Source of the DNA: a virus
Virus record (IMG/VR): IMGVR_UViG_3300012953_000014
Location: 1-64,000 of that record
Reading direction: 5' to 3' (one strand)
DNA: 64,000 nucleotides
The translations under genes and the position numbers were made by a program. The notes beneath the pieces were generated by a model. That model saw nothing but the letters and a program-made list of their open reading frames with translations, was not told the DNA's origin and searched no databases. Shown here in pieces: positions 9,155 through 17,923 of this stretch. Numbering within the stretch: the first letter of the stretch is position 1; the number at the start of each line of letters is the position of its first letter.

Positions 9155-11500
9155 TTATTTACCTAAATATTTTCTCCAAGATTCAAATAGTATCTTATCA
9201 GATGTTTTGGGTTTTTTTGATTCATTTGTTTGCTTAGAGAAGGGCGCGGCACCTTTTTCAATATCTTTCAATAGATCATAATACGCATAAGCTGATTGTT
9301 GTCTGAGCCCGTTTTGGTAAGAACTTTTGTTAAACTCTTCAAGAAACTTTGATGCCCTATACAAATCATCTTCGTTAAAATACAGCAAATCAAAATCCAT
9401 AATTCCATAAACGCCATCAAGTTCAGGCGATAGTCTTTGCCCCTCTTTCTTAACAACAAAATTTTTGAGAGGAAAATCAACTTTCTTGCGGACAAACATT
9501 AGGTTTTCGCGAAGTTCAGTTCCGAACTCTCTTGTCCATAACTGTTTCATAACGTCTTGGTATTCAGCTGGGATCTTCTTGAACTCTTGTAGGTCGGATG
9601 TGATCTTATCTCTTTTCTTCCAAGTAACATTAATTACTTTTTCTTCTGGATTTATTGTCGCTTTAATGCTGTCCAGTTTTTTTAACTTTTCTGGAATATC
9701 TGCTATACGATCTCGAATAACACCTTGCTTTTCTAACCTAGCCCTAACATCATTCATAATAATATCAAATGAATCGTCGGCGTCTTCCATCACTCTTGCC
9801 CAACCCCTCAAACTTCGCAAATTGTTTCGGTAGTAATTAAAATCTGGATAAATATCTGTGCGGTACATACCATCGTTAGTAATCTTGCCATCGGATGGAT
9901 CATAACCGTCGCCAAAGTGGTTGAGCAATGCTCTTTTTGCTGCAATGTCAACTTTGGGCTCCTCGACGGCCCAAGCACCTTGACCTAAAGGGAACGGACT
10001 ATTTGGGTCAGGGTCTGGGTAGTCGCCAAGCTCCTCTGACGTATCAAACGCAAATTCGGTTCGATAGCTAACTGGATCTTCTTCGTTGCCATAATCAACA
10101 TCAGCATTAATAGTAAAGTACTTCATTGAATTGTTTGCGCCGCCAACGATCTCGTCAACCTCTCGCCCAAGTGGATCACCAACATCGCGCTCGATTGCTT
10201 TTTCGTCTTCAGGGTTTGTTCCGATGTCGCCCGCTTGGGACATCAATTCATCTTGTTCAATATTCGTCAAGGTTGAGAACATCGCTGCAAAGATTTTACC
10301 GTCTGACGTGTCTCTATAGGTTCCGCCGTATCTTGTCCATTTTTCGTCAGAAACATCGTTTGCAAGCTCGTCAATGTCACCATAGGCTTTGTCTTGTGAT
10401 TTAAGTGCCCAATCGGTAACAGATTTTAAAAATCCTGGTGGCGCTTTTTTATTACCTTGCGTGTATGATCTTGTTTCAGGAACTGCCAACATTCTTCCAT
10501 CTTCGTCGTGAACAAATTTCCGCAAGCGAACCCTAGAAAATGGGCGCATTCCTGGGACTCCCCGATCGTCATCTGCAAAAATCTCTTCACCACCCTGATC
10601 TAGATCTACATCTTCTGGTTTTGTTTCATCTAAGTCTACATCGAAATACTGCTCAAACTGGGCGCGAGGGATTGAATAGGCAATCGGACCATGACCTCTT
10701 GACTCTGCGACTGCACATTGAAAGTACCCGCCTGTTCGAGAGTGGCATGAACGAATGTCTTCCATATCTGACATTCTCACAACGTCAACTGGATGTCTCG
10801 ACAGGATTGTAACATAAGGATCTTTCTTTGCGAACGCTGCTTGAGGGTTCTCTCGATAGAACTGCGACTTCTCGTTCCAAAACTTTTTAAACTTTGGGAG
10901 ATCTTGTTCGACTCCGAATAAGTCTTCTGTGGAAGAGAACGGCAGAACTGACACGAGTTTCTTTTCCATTGATTCTCTATCGTCCATCGCTTTTTGCAAT
11001 CTCTTGTCCTCTGGATCTGTTGAATCAAATCCTGTTGCGAGAGTAGCAATTTCAGCAGCATAACCACCAGCATCGTTATATTCTTTTTTTACTTTTTCAT
11101 ATTGCTTAATCACATTTCCGATCATATCAAATGCTTTGCCGATCCGAATCTTCTGTTTTTTTGTAACCTGCTCTCCGGCTCGTGGACCTTTTGGGATTAC
11201 TGTTGTCACATCTTTTGTGACTGTCGAATCATCAAAGTTAATTTCATATCCATTAGCCTGAAAAAAACGAACAATCTTTCCAATCATACCTTCAGCTGGT
11301 GAGGGTGGAGGGGTGATCGCTACGCGCTTTTTTCCTCCAAAAAGATTGTCAAATGAATATGCTTCTTCTGGTGCTGTCCTCATCCAGTTTTTAATATACT
11401 CATATTCATTCTCCGAAATCTCGGCGAGGATGTCAAGACGTAGTCTCTCATCTTCGTTTTCGTATAAATGTTTGCGCCAAGCCTTAACAAATGATGCCAT
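9155..11500 (-). CDS. Large hypothetical protein, putative virion cargo
   Basis: 781-aa ORF with WRKHLYE at the N-terminus and LFESWRKYL at the C-terminus. Confidence 0.7.
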   Translation of the reverse strand: MASFVKAWRKHLYENEDERLRLDILAEISENEYEYIKNWMRTAPEEAYSFDNLFGGKKRVAITPPPSPAEGMIGKIVRFFQANGYEINFDDSTVTKDVTTVIPKGPRAGEQVTKKQKIRIGKAFDMIGNVIKQYEKVKKEYNDAGGYAAEIATLATGFDSTDPEDKRLQKAMDDRESMEKKLVSVLPFSSTEDLFGVEQDLPKFKKFWNEKSQFYRENPQAAFAKKDPYVTILSRHPVDVVRMSDMEDIRSCHSRTGGYFQCAVAESRGHGPIAYSIPRAQFEQYFDVDLDETKPEDVDLDQGGEEIFADDDRGVPGMRPFSRVRLRKFVHDEDGRMLAVPETRSYTQGNKKAPPGFLKSVTDWALKSQDKAYGDIDELANDVSDEKWTRYGGTYRDTSDGKIFAAMFSTLTNIEQDELMSQAGDIGTNPEDEKAIERDVGDPLGREVDEIVGGANNSMKYFTINADVDYGNEEDPVSYRTEFAFDTSEELGDYPDPDPNSPFPLGQGAWAVEEPKVDIAAKRALLNHFGDGYDPSDGKITNDGMYRTDIYPDFNYYRNNLRSLRGWARVMEDADDSFDIIMNDVRARLEKQGVIRDRIADIPEKLKKLDSIKATINPEEKVINVTWKKRDKITSDLQEFKKIPAEYQDVMKQLWTREFGTELRENLMFVRKKVDFPLKNFVVKKEGQRLSPELDGVYGIMDFDLLYFNEDDLYRASKFLEEFNKSSYQNGLRQQSAYAYYDLLKDIEKGAAPFSKQTNESKKPKTSDKILFESWRKYLGK

Positions 11501-11502
11501 GT

Positions 11503-11964
11503 TTATTCCTCAAATTTATTCTTATCTTGCCAATCGTGTGACACAGAGTCTTCATCAATGGGGCCGCCTGCGGCCCAAGTGTAGCAGGTTCTCGCTGAGT
11601 GGCATTTAAAATGGTGCATCCAACAATAACCAAGGCGGCCTTCGTCATCTGATACTGGTCCCGGCATACACTCATCCATCCTTTTTGAGATGTCAAAGGC
11701 CACGCAGTTTGAGCAGTTTGATTTTTTGGCGGCATCAACGCTGGTGTCCCAATGTTCTGCTGCCTTTTCATAGTAATCACCAGGCTCAAGAACATTCAAG
11801 GGGCCATACTTAACATGTTCCGCTTTAATGGCTGCGTTGCGGTTTTTTGTATTTAACTCTATGTCTTGGGTTGCGGGGGGACAAATGTATTTCTCAACCT
11901 TCTCCAGGCCGAGTTTTATATTTTCTTTGACGAACCTGCGCCATTGTTCCATCAGCAACTTCAT
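11503..11964 (-). CDS. Cys-rich protein with possible HiPIP-like metal cluster
   Basis: CSNCVAF...GYC...CYTW; N-terminal MKLLMEQWRRFVKE. Confidence 0.55.
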   Translation of the reverse strand: MKLLMEQWRRFVKENIKLGLEKVEKYICPPATQDIELNTKNRNAAIKAEHVKYGPLNVLEPGDYYEKAAEHWDTSVDAAKKSNCSNCVAFDISKRMDECMPGPVSDDEGRLGYCWMHHFKCHSARTCYTWAAGGPIDEDSVSHDWQDKNKFEE

Positions 11965-11971
11965 TTGTCAC

Positions 11972-13843
11972 TTACCACTTTTTGCAAGACCAATATCTTG
12001 CCTTGGTTTTAGGACCAGGGTTAGCACAGTTATGTCTTGCTCTGAAAGATTTTCTTCGGGCGGGGTTTGATTTTTTGATCCTCATGTTTGGATCTCCATA
12101 GTTGACCTTCTTCACGTTGCCCGTCTTAGGATCTTTCACATACACTTTAAATTTTTTAACATCGCCTCGCATTGGCTTGTTTAACTTAACTTTTCTTCCT
12201 CGATATTCTGCCTCTTCGATAACGTCATCCCAAAATTCTATATTCTCTGCCACAGTTCCATCATCATAGGTTGCGTCTGTTATATGAAAGTATGTCTCTG
12301 CAATCTTTCCAAACTCGTCCATAACGATTTCTTTTAGTGTATCTATTGATAAATCCATTTGACCCACTCCTTCGCTTTTTTTGCCCCATTTCTTTCCCTT
12401 ACCTTTAGTTCCACAGGCAGAGGGTGTTGGGCGACACGATGGGTATTTCGCTCTCTTTTCGCCCTCTTTTCTTCCGCAAGATTTGCATGTTTTTTTGCCT
12501 GTTTTCTTATCTTTACGACAAGTGTTGCAATCAACCCAACCTTTGGATTTGCCTTTGCCGCCTTGTCTTGAAAACCAACCGTGAAGACCGGACTCTTTCT
12601 CTTTTGAATAGTCGGTTTTTGATTTTTTCTTCTCATCGACGAGATTATCAATCTGGTCTACTTGTTTTTTGTGAAGATTTGAAGAATCCGTTGACATTTT
12701 AGCAACCTTTGCGTGCTTTTCAGCAGATTTTTTTAGTTGAATCTTTATCTTCTTTAAAGTTTTTACTTCTGAACCTGTTAGATCTAAATTTTGTTCATTT
12801 TGACGCATGGCTTTCATACCCCTTTTACGACTGGCTGCATTCCTGTCCACGACTTCTGAATCGTAGGTGTCTCTTACGTCATCTTCCTTCAGTCCTTTCC
12901 AGATTTTACCTCGTCGACACTTGACAACTGCACCTGAAGCGTAAGCAGATGGCCAAACATCATATTTTCTCTTTGCTATTCGCGTACAACGATCACCCTT
13001 CTTCTTCTTTTCGTCAACAGACATCATCGCGTCATAAGCATCCCTCTTGAGATCAGACAACTTGGTTAAGTAACCTTGGTTCCTAAGTGATTTGAACGCA
13101 AGATTCTCCACTGAATATTCACCGGCAGACTTTAGTCCAGATTTTCTTAACTTCTTAAGTTTATCTGTGATCATTTCTCCGCGTTCGAGTGCTTCTTCAT
13201 GCTTGCCTTGTTCGCTCAATTCAATCGCTATATCTATTTGATCCATCAATGAATCTGCTTTAACTGAGATCGCCTCTTCGTCTACATCTATTTCTTTATA
13301 GCTAGGCTTAGTAATCCATTCATCATTAAGCACAGAATAGACACCAGTAGATGTGTGGGGCTCGGAGTCGTCCTGAACATAAGCCTCGACTTCGTAACCC
13401 TTTATTCGTATATCGTGAACATAATTCCAAAGTGCTTTGACTGCATTGAAATATCTACGCACAAGCTCAGTGTCTTCATTGACATCTTTGAAATCAATTA
13501 GGATGTGAAGATCTATGTCAGATAAATCAGAGTAATTGTAGTTTGCCAACGAACCCGTGAAAGTGATGTCTTTGAGTTCTGCATCTGCTGCTCTTGTTGG
13601 TTCAATAAACTTTTTAGCAATCTCCAACAACTTGTCCCTAATGTCGGACTTTAACTTTTCTCCATCCCAAATGTCTTGATTGAGTTCTTGTTTTGGTCGG
13701 ATGACAGCTGGAACTTGGACATTCTCTTCTTCATTAACGTGCCTTCTCCAACCCTCAAGAATGTATTTTATATTATTTGCTCCACCCACAACTACTTCTA
13801 ACTCCTTATCAGTCAACTCGCCCTCTTCGTTTGGCATATTCAT
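11972..13843 (-). CDS. Pol-beta-like nucleotidyltransferase fused to several basic Cys-containing modules
   Basis: TGSLANYNYSDLSDIDLH (GS...DxD) and EAYVQD; C-terminal Lys/Arg-rich modules ending ARYWSCKKW. Confidence 0.75.
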   Translation of the reverse strand: MNMPNEEGELTDKELEVVVGGANNIKYILEGWRRHVNEEENVQVPAVIRPKQELNQDIWDGEKLKSDIRDKLLEIAKKFIEPTRAADAELKDITFTGSLANYNYSDLSDIDLHILIDFKDVNEDTELVRRYFNAVKALWNYVHDIRIKGYEVEAYVQDDSEPHTSTGVYSVLNDEWITKPSYKEIDVDEEAISVKADSLMDQIDIAIELSEQGKHEEALERGEMITDKLKKLRKSGLKSAGEYSVENLAFKSLRNQGYLTKLSDLKRDAYDAMMSVDEKKKKGDRCTRIAKRKYDVWPSAYASGAVVKCRRGKIWKGLKEDDVRDTYDSEVVDRNAASRKRGMKAMRQNEQNLDLTGSEVKTLKKIKIQLKKSAEKHAKVAKMSTDSSNLHKKQVDQIDNLVDEKKKSKTDYSKEKESGLHGWFSRQGGKGKSKGWVDCNTCRKDKKTGKKTCKSCGRKEGEKRAKYPSCRPTPSACGTKGKGKKWGKKSEGVGQMDLSIDTLKEIVMDEFGKIAETYFHITDATYDDGTVAENIEFWDDVIEEAEYRGRKVKLNKPMRGDVKKFKVYVKDPKTGNVKKVNYGDPNMRIKKSNPARRKSFRARHNCANPGPKTKARYWSCKKW

Positions 13844-14021
13844 TCTGTCTATTAATTAGTTCGCAAGTGTCGTTTAGGTCAATAGATTTAGGTATTTCAC
13901 AAATAGGAAGCAACCCATGAAGAAATATAATAGTCCCGCGAAAGATTAACTGCAAACCTATTGTACCAGCAAACACAAGATGACTTAAATAAGTTTCTCC
14001 ATTTTCTTTAAGGTGTTTCAT
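13809..14021 (-). CDS. Small membrane-associated protein (DUF6356-like)
   Basis: HLKENGETYLSHLVFA...LHGLLP pattern. Confidence 0.55.
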   Translation of the reverse strand: MKHLKENGETYLSHLVFAGTIGLQLIFRGTIIFLHGLLPICEIPKSIDLNDTCELINRQNEYAKRRGRVD

Positions 14022-14338
14022 TAAAATGTCTCCTGCTCTCCATCTTCATAAGTTATGATAGTTTTGTTTGCAGGGTGGGGAAGGATGTGAACCTTGATAA
14101 AATCATCCATTGAATCAAACACAGCAATACCACCGCGAGGTGGTGGATATAACCAGTGGATGATTGCTTGGCCGGTCGCCAGCTTTGCACCCTCGATTAC
14201 CACACCATCACCGGACACTCCGGATTCATCTACCTGTCTAAACACTGTAAATGAGCGAATTCCTCGTGGTGCAAGTTTGGGTAAGGGTTGGGGCTTCAGT
14301 TCTTGTAACTGTTCCAATTCTTTCTTTTTTGAAGACAT
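14021..14338 (-). CDS. Conserved phage hypothetical protein
   Basis: RQVDESGVSGDGVVIEG...W motif. Confidence 0.65.
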   Translation of the reverse strand: MSSKKKELEQLQELKPQPLPKLAPRGIRSFTVFRQVDESGVSGDGVVIEGAKLATGQAIIHWLYPPPRGGIAVFDSMDDFIKVHILPHPANKTIITYEDGEQETF

Positions 14339-14341
14339 TTT

Positions 14342-15310
14342 TCAACCCCCAGGCGCATTTGGTGGAGCACTGCCCTTGTAACCAATGGGTGCGTCTTTCC
14401 ACCCTGTTGGTTTGACCCTGTTTTTACCACCACGTGTGTAGGCTCCAACTTGTCTCTTGTAGTTTGCTCGAACCCATTTTTGCCAATCGGCCTCGTTCAG
14501 CTCTTGTCCTGATAAAAACTTAGACAACATGGGTCGCACACTCTGAACGCTGCCATCCATATCCTCTTCTCGGGCTGAGACAAGAAAGAAAGAATCTCCA
14601 AACAACTCATTGTACGGATCTTTGTTTTTTTGAACAGCATTCCAAGATTTTTCGATTGCCTTTGGCTCCAAGCCACGGCCACCGGACTGTAATCGTTTCT
14701 CTTGCCGGGCGATGGCATCCTCCAAGGGAATGTCCACAAAAATCATACCGGTTTCATAACCCATATCTTCAAGAGTTTTTTTCTGGTTCCTGATTCGGGC
14801 GAAAGCTCCACCGGTTCCATCAATAATGAAGCTTTTTCCTTCATCGGAAATTTGAGCCTGTTTTGCTTTGGCTGATTTTTGAGCTTGTGCAAATAGTTTT
14901 GCTTGTTTAACTATTTTTTCACGTTCGGGATCATATTGGGTTTTTGCTGAAGATAGCTCCTCTGAGGGCTCAAGCTCTTGGGCTTGTGCATACATTTGCA
15001 TAAGAGTATCGTGATCAATCTTTTCTTCACCCATTTCAAAGTTTAGAACATTGAAAACCACATTGCGTAATCTTTCGCGTGCTTCAGTATAATCATCCTT
15101 TATTTTTTTAATATTTTTTCCAAGGCCAGCTTTTTCAAGGGCTGGCTCATAAAAATCATCTGGGTTAATGACTTCCATGTCGTCAAGATTCATCTTATTA
15201 ATGACTGTTGATTTGCCAGCTCCTGGTGAACCTGCCATAAAGATTGCTTTAGGTGGAGTGCTTGATTCTTCATTCAAATACTTCCTCCAACTTTCCATTA
15301 GTAGTTTCAT
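14342..15310 (-). CDS. Zeta-toxin-like P-loop kinase
   Basis: MAGSPGAGKS, INPDD, FIIDGTG and lid-type R-x-x-x-R; N-terminal MKLLMESWRKYLNEE. Confidence 0.75.
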   Translation of the reverse strand: MKLLMESWRKYLNEESSTPPKAIFMAGSPGAGKSTVINKMNLDDMEVINPDDFYEPALEKAGLGKNIKKIKDDYTEARERLRNVVFNVLNFEMGEEKIDHDTLMQMYAQAQELEPSEELSSAKTQYDPEREKIVKQAKLFAQAQKSAKAKQAQISDEGKSFIIDGTGGAFARIRNQKKTLEDMGYETGMIFVDIPLEDAIARQEKRLQSGGRGLEPKAIEKSWNAVQKNKDPYNELFGDSFFLVSAREEDMDGSVQSVRPMLSKFLSGQELNEADWQKWVRANYKRQVGAYTRGGKNRVKPTGWKDAPIGYKGSAPPNAPGG

Positions 15311-15311
15311 A

Positions 15312-15527
15312 TCATTTCTCTTTCAGAAACTTAGCCAACTCTTTCTTTTGTTTTGAGTCTAAAGTCTCTTTCAAAATATCTTTCACCGTATTAAAAGACG
15401 CTTCAATCATCTGTTTTCTGTCCACGTCACAATAAGGGCAATTTGTAAAAACCCCTTGGAGGCGACCGTCCAAACATACAGAACAAGAAACCTTAACATA
15501 TAACTTAAGGCTTTCTTCGTCTTCCAT
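15312..15527 (-). CDS. Small zinc-finger protein
   Basis: CSVC...CPYC. Confidence 0.65.
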   Translation of the reverse strand: MEDEESLKLYVKVSCSVCLDGRLQGVFTNCPYCDVDRKQMIEASFNTVKDILKETLDSKQKKELAKFLKEK

Positions 15528-15534
15528 TATAACA

Positions 15535-15542
15535 TAAATAGT
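15535..15542 (-). promoter_or_regulatory. ACTATTTA putative late promoter heading the cargo cassette
   Basis: Recurring motif, 7 nt before the ATG at 15527. Confidence 0.6.
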
Positions 15543-15566
15543 TTGTAACTACAAGTAAAAGAAAAG

Positions 15567-15600
15567 AAAAAAGGTGCCTCACGCAAATGCAAGGCACCTT
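15567..15600 (-). terminator. Intrinsic terminator downstream of hsp20
   Basis: aaggtgcct...aggcacctt hairpin followed by U-tract on the minus strand. Confidence 0.65.
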
Positions 15601-15630
15601 GTTGGAAATACTTCATAAGGAGAATGAAGG

Positions 15631-16038
15631 TTATCTAATGTCAATCGTTCTTGGTTTGGCAGATTCTTGTTTCGGTAGATCTACCAACAATACGCCATTT
15701 TTATATGAAGCCGAAATATTTTCAATATCGACATCAGCTGGAATAACATATGATTTTGAATACTTAGTTGCGTATGTATGAGTTTGTTTTTTCTCGCTAG
15801 CATCGTAACTGACTGTTAGTTGGTTTCCCTCTAGTGTGATATTGAAATCTTTTTTCTCCAATCCCGGTGCAATCAAAGAAATCTGATACTTGTCTTCAAG
15901 ATTCCTGACAAATGGCTTGTGATAATCGCTGGTTTCTTTAACCAATGGTGTGGTTAAAAACTCATCAAAGCCGAAAAGCTTGTCAAGAATATCTTTGTTG
16001 TTGAATAATGTTAATGAATTCATTATTTTTCCCTCCAT
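15631..16038 (-). CDS. Small heat-shock protein (Hsp20/alpha-crystallin)
   Basis: APGLEKKDFNI...ISASYKNGVLLVDLPK. Confidence 0.92.
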   Translation of the reverse strand: MEGKIMNSLTLFNNKDILDKLFGFDEFLTTPLVKETSDYHKPFVRNLEDKYQISLIAPGLEKKDFNITLEGNQLTVSYDASEKKQTHTYATKYSKSYVIPADVDIENISASYKNGVLLVDLPKQESAKPRTIDIR

Positions 16039-16086
16039 GATTATAATGTAAACACCGATATTTGATCGTCAAGTATTTTTTTTATT

Positions 16087-17850
16087 TTAATTTACTACCA
16101 TACTAGGGTCAACATAAGATGCCATCATGAAGTTCTTGTTCAGTTTGGGATCACTCTTAATTTTTCGGGCTTTGCGGCCTCGGAAAGCAATTAGGCGCTT
16201 ACCTTTGTGTTGCATGAGGTGCGATTCCCAATAGTTATTATAATCATTTGGGTTCGGACCATCCAAGAGCACACTAAAACACTGATACACTTGTTGTGTC
16301 TGAGGGTCAGTATATTCGACATTCCGAGTGCCTCCCACTAAATTAGTGTTAATGAGATTAGTCTTACTTTCCCCAACGTCAAGAGCCAACACACACTGTT
16401 CTGTCACATCAATAGTACCACGTCGTGGGGTCGTCTTCGAGGCCAACCCAGACAAAGAGTGGTCGTACTTGTTGGGCAGCTTTTGGACACTCTCTGCCCC
16501 TGCAATCAAGTAGCTCCATCCATGATCAATTTCTGCTTTAGACTTGACTAACTGATTATCCAGTTGAGCCATGGGACCATAGTCGCCAGTCTTTAGTTTG
16601 GTATGAGCCTCAATGTAAAGTTGAGCCTCTTTTAAGGGCGCTATAATCCGAATGGGATAATTGCCTGCGCCGACGCCACAAACACGTGTCATTCGTTGGA
16701 TTGCAGTTGGATTGTTCTTCATCATCGGAGGTTCAATCCACCATCGGATATTATGTTTGGCTAATGATTGACCACAGGCAAACATCTGTTTTAAGACATA
16801 CACATTTTTTTGAGTTCCTGTCCCAAACTTGGCAAATGCCCCGCCGCTTGGCGTTGCTTCCAAGCTTGACCGAAATTCACTAGCACTATTAGGGTCATGC
16901 ATGTCCACATATCGGACACGTGAGTTTGTTGCTTTACAAAAATCTTCCACCATCTTCTCAAAAACATCTGAACTTTGATTCTTGGGAGTCATATATCGAA
17001 CAACCACATGTCCCGCACTAAGTTGCGCATAAGAGGTTTTTATGTAACTGAAAATTTTATCATACTGTGCTAGTTTATCCCCTGACAAAGGACTCTTAAA
17101 CACATCCCAATCGATAAATTTATTATCTGCAATATAATCTTCAAGCCCATAATAGCCCTCTGGCTCTGTCATATAATGGCTGCGAATTTTAGCACTATTG
17201 TCACAATGCATATATGTATACAGGGCCGCGCCAGTAGCCGTAATATAAAACACGGGTTTGTTCTTGTTAACCGCTTGCGGGCTTACGCCCACAAATTCAT
17301 GAAACTTAGCGATTGCCTTGTCTTGATGGATGTGCTGGTGAAATTCATCAAAAATGACAATAACATTACTCATATCCAGCATCTCTCTCAGTTCTCGAAC
17401 CCCAAGAGGCTCCACTCTTGTCTGTCGAGTGCCATCTTCGGCGACATATCCAATATCTTTGATTTTTTTATTCTTCCCCCGTGACAAAGAAGGAGTGAAT
17501 AATGCATCCAAATCATTCCTGTGGAGTACAAAACATGCGAAATCTTGACGTTGGGCATATAATTTTGCGACGGTTGAGTCGGGCTTCAATCGTCTTGTTA
17601 TCGTCTGTGTTTTGGTTTCAACATTAGAATCGCACAGAACATTAAAACAAACGAGTGGTTTGGTTTCATCAAACATGCTATCGGCTGCACATTTTATTAA
17701 CTGCTGAGCTAGGGCATCTTTACCAGTTTGTGGGTAAGCGTGAATTGCCGCATTACTATAATCACTTTTGGTTTTGTTTAGCTCATTCACAATCATACCT
17801 GCATTGTTTTTGGCGTTTTCGTTAATTTTAGTCCAATTATCTTGTTTCAT
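16087..17850 (-). CDS. SF2 helicase/ATPase-like protein
   Basis: PQTGKD (motif I variant), IFDEFH (II), ITAT (III), QRMTR (VI-like). Confidence 0.6.
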   Translation of the reverse strand: MKQDNWTKINENAKNNAGMIVNELNKTKSDYSNAAIHAYPQTGKDALAQQLIKCAADSMFDETKPLVCFNVLCDSNVETKTQTITRRLKPDSTVAKLYAQRQDFACFVLHRNDLDALFTPSLSRGKNKKIKDIGYVAEDGTRQTRVEPLGVRELREMLDMSNVIVIFDEFHQHIHQDKAIAKFHEFVGVSPQAVNKNKPVFYITATGAALYTYMHCDNSAKIRSHYMTEPEGYYGLEDYIADNKFIDWDVFKSPLSGDKLAQYDKIFSYIKTSYAQLSAGHVVVRYMTPKNQSSDVFEKMVEDFCKATNSRVRYVDMHDPNSASEFRSSLEATPSGGAFAKFGTGTQKNVYVLKQMFACGQSLAKHNIRWWIEPPMMKNNPTAIQRMTRVCGVGAGNYPIRIIAPLKEAQLYIEAHTKLKTGDYGPMAQLDNQLVKSKAEIDHGWSYLIAGAESVQKLPNKYDHSLSGLASKTTPRRGTIDVTEQCVLALDVGESKTNLINTNLVGGTRNVEYTDPQTQQVYQCFSVLLDGPNPNDYNNYWESHLMQHKGKRLIAFRGRKARKIKSDPKLNKNFMMASYVDPSMVVN

Positions 17851-17886
17851 ACTTTATTCCTTTCAACTTTTTTAGCTTGTAGGGGT

Positions 17887-17915
17887 ATTCTATCTCATCT
17901 TAAACCCTTTGTCAA
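17887..17915 (-). promoter_or_regulatory. Sigma70-type promoter
   Basis: TTGACA-N17-TAGAAT. Confidence 0.75.
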
Positions 17916-17923
17916 GCAAAAAA

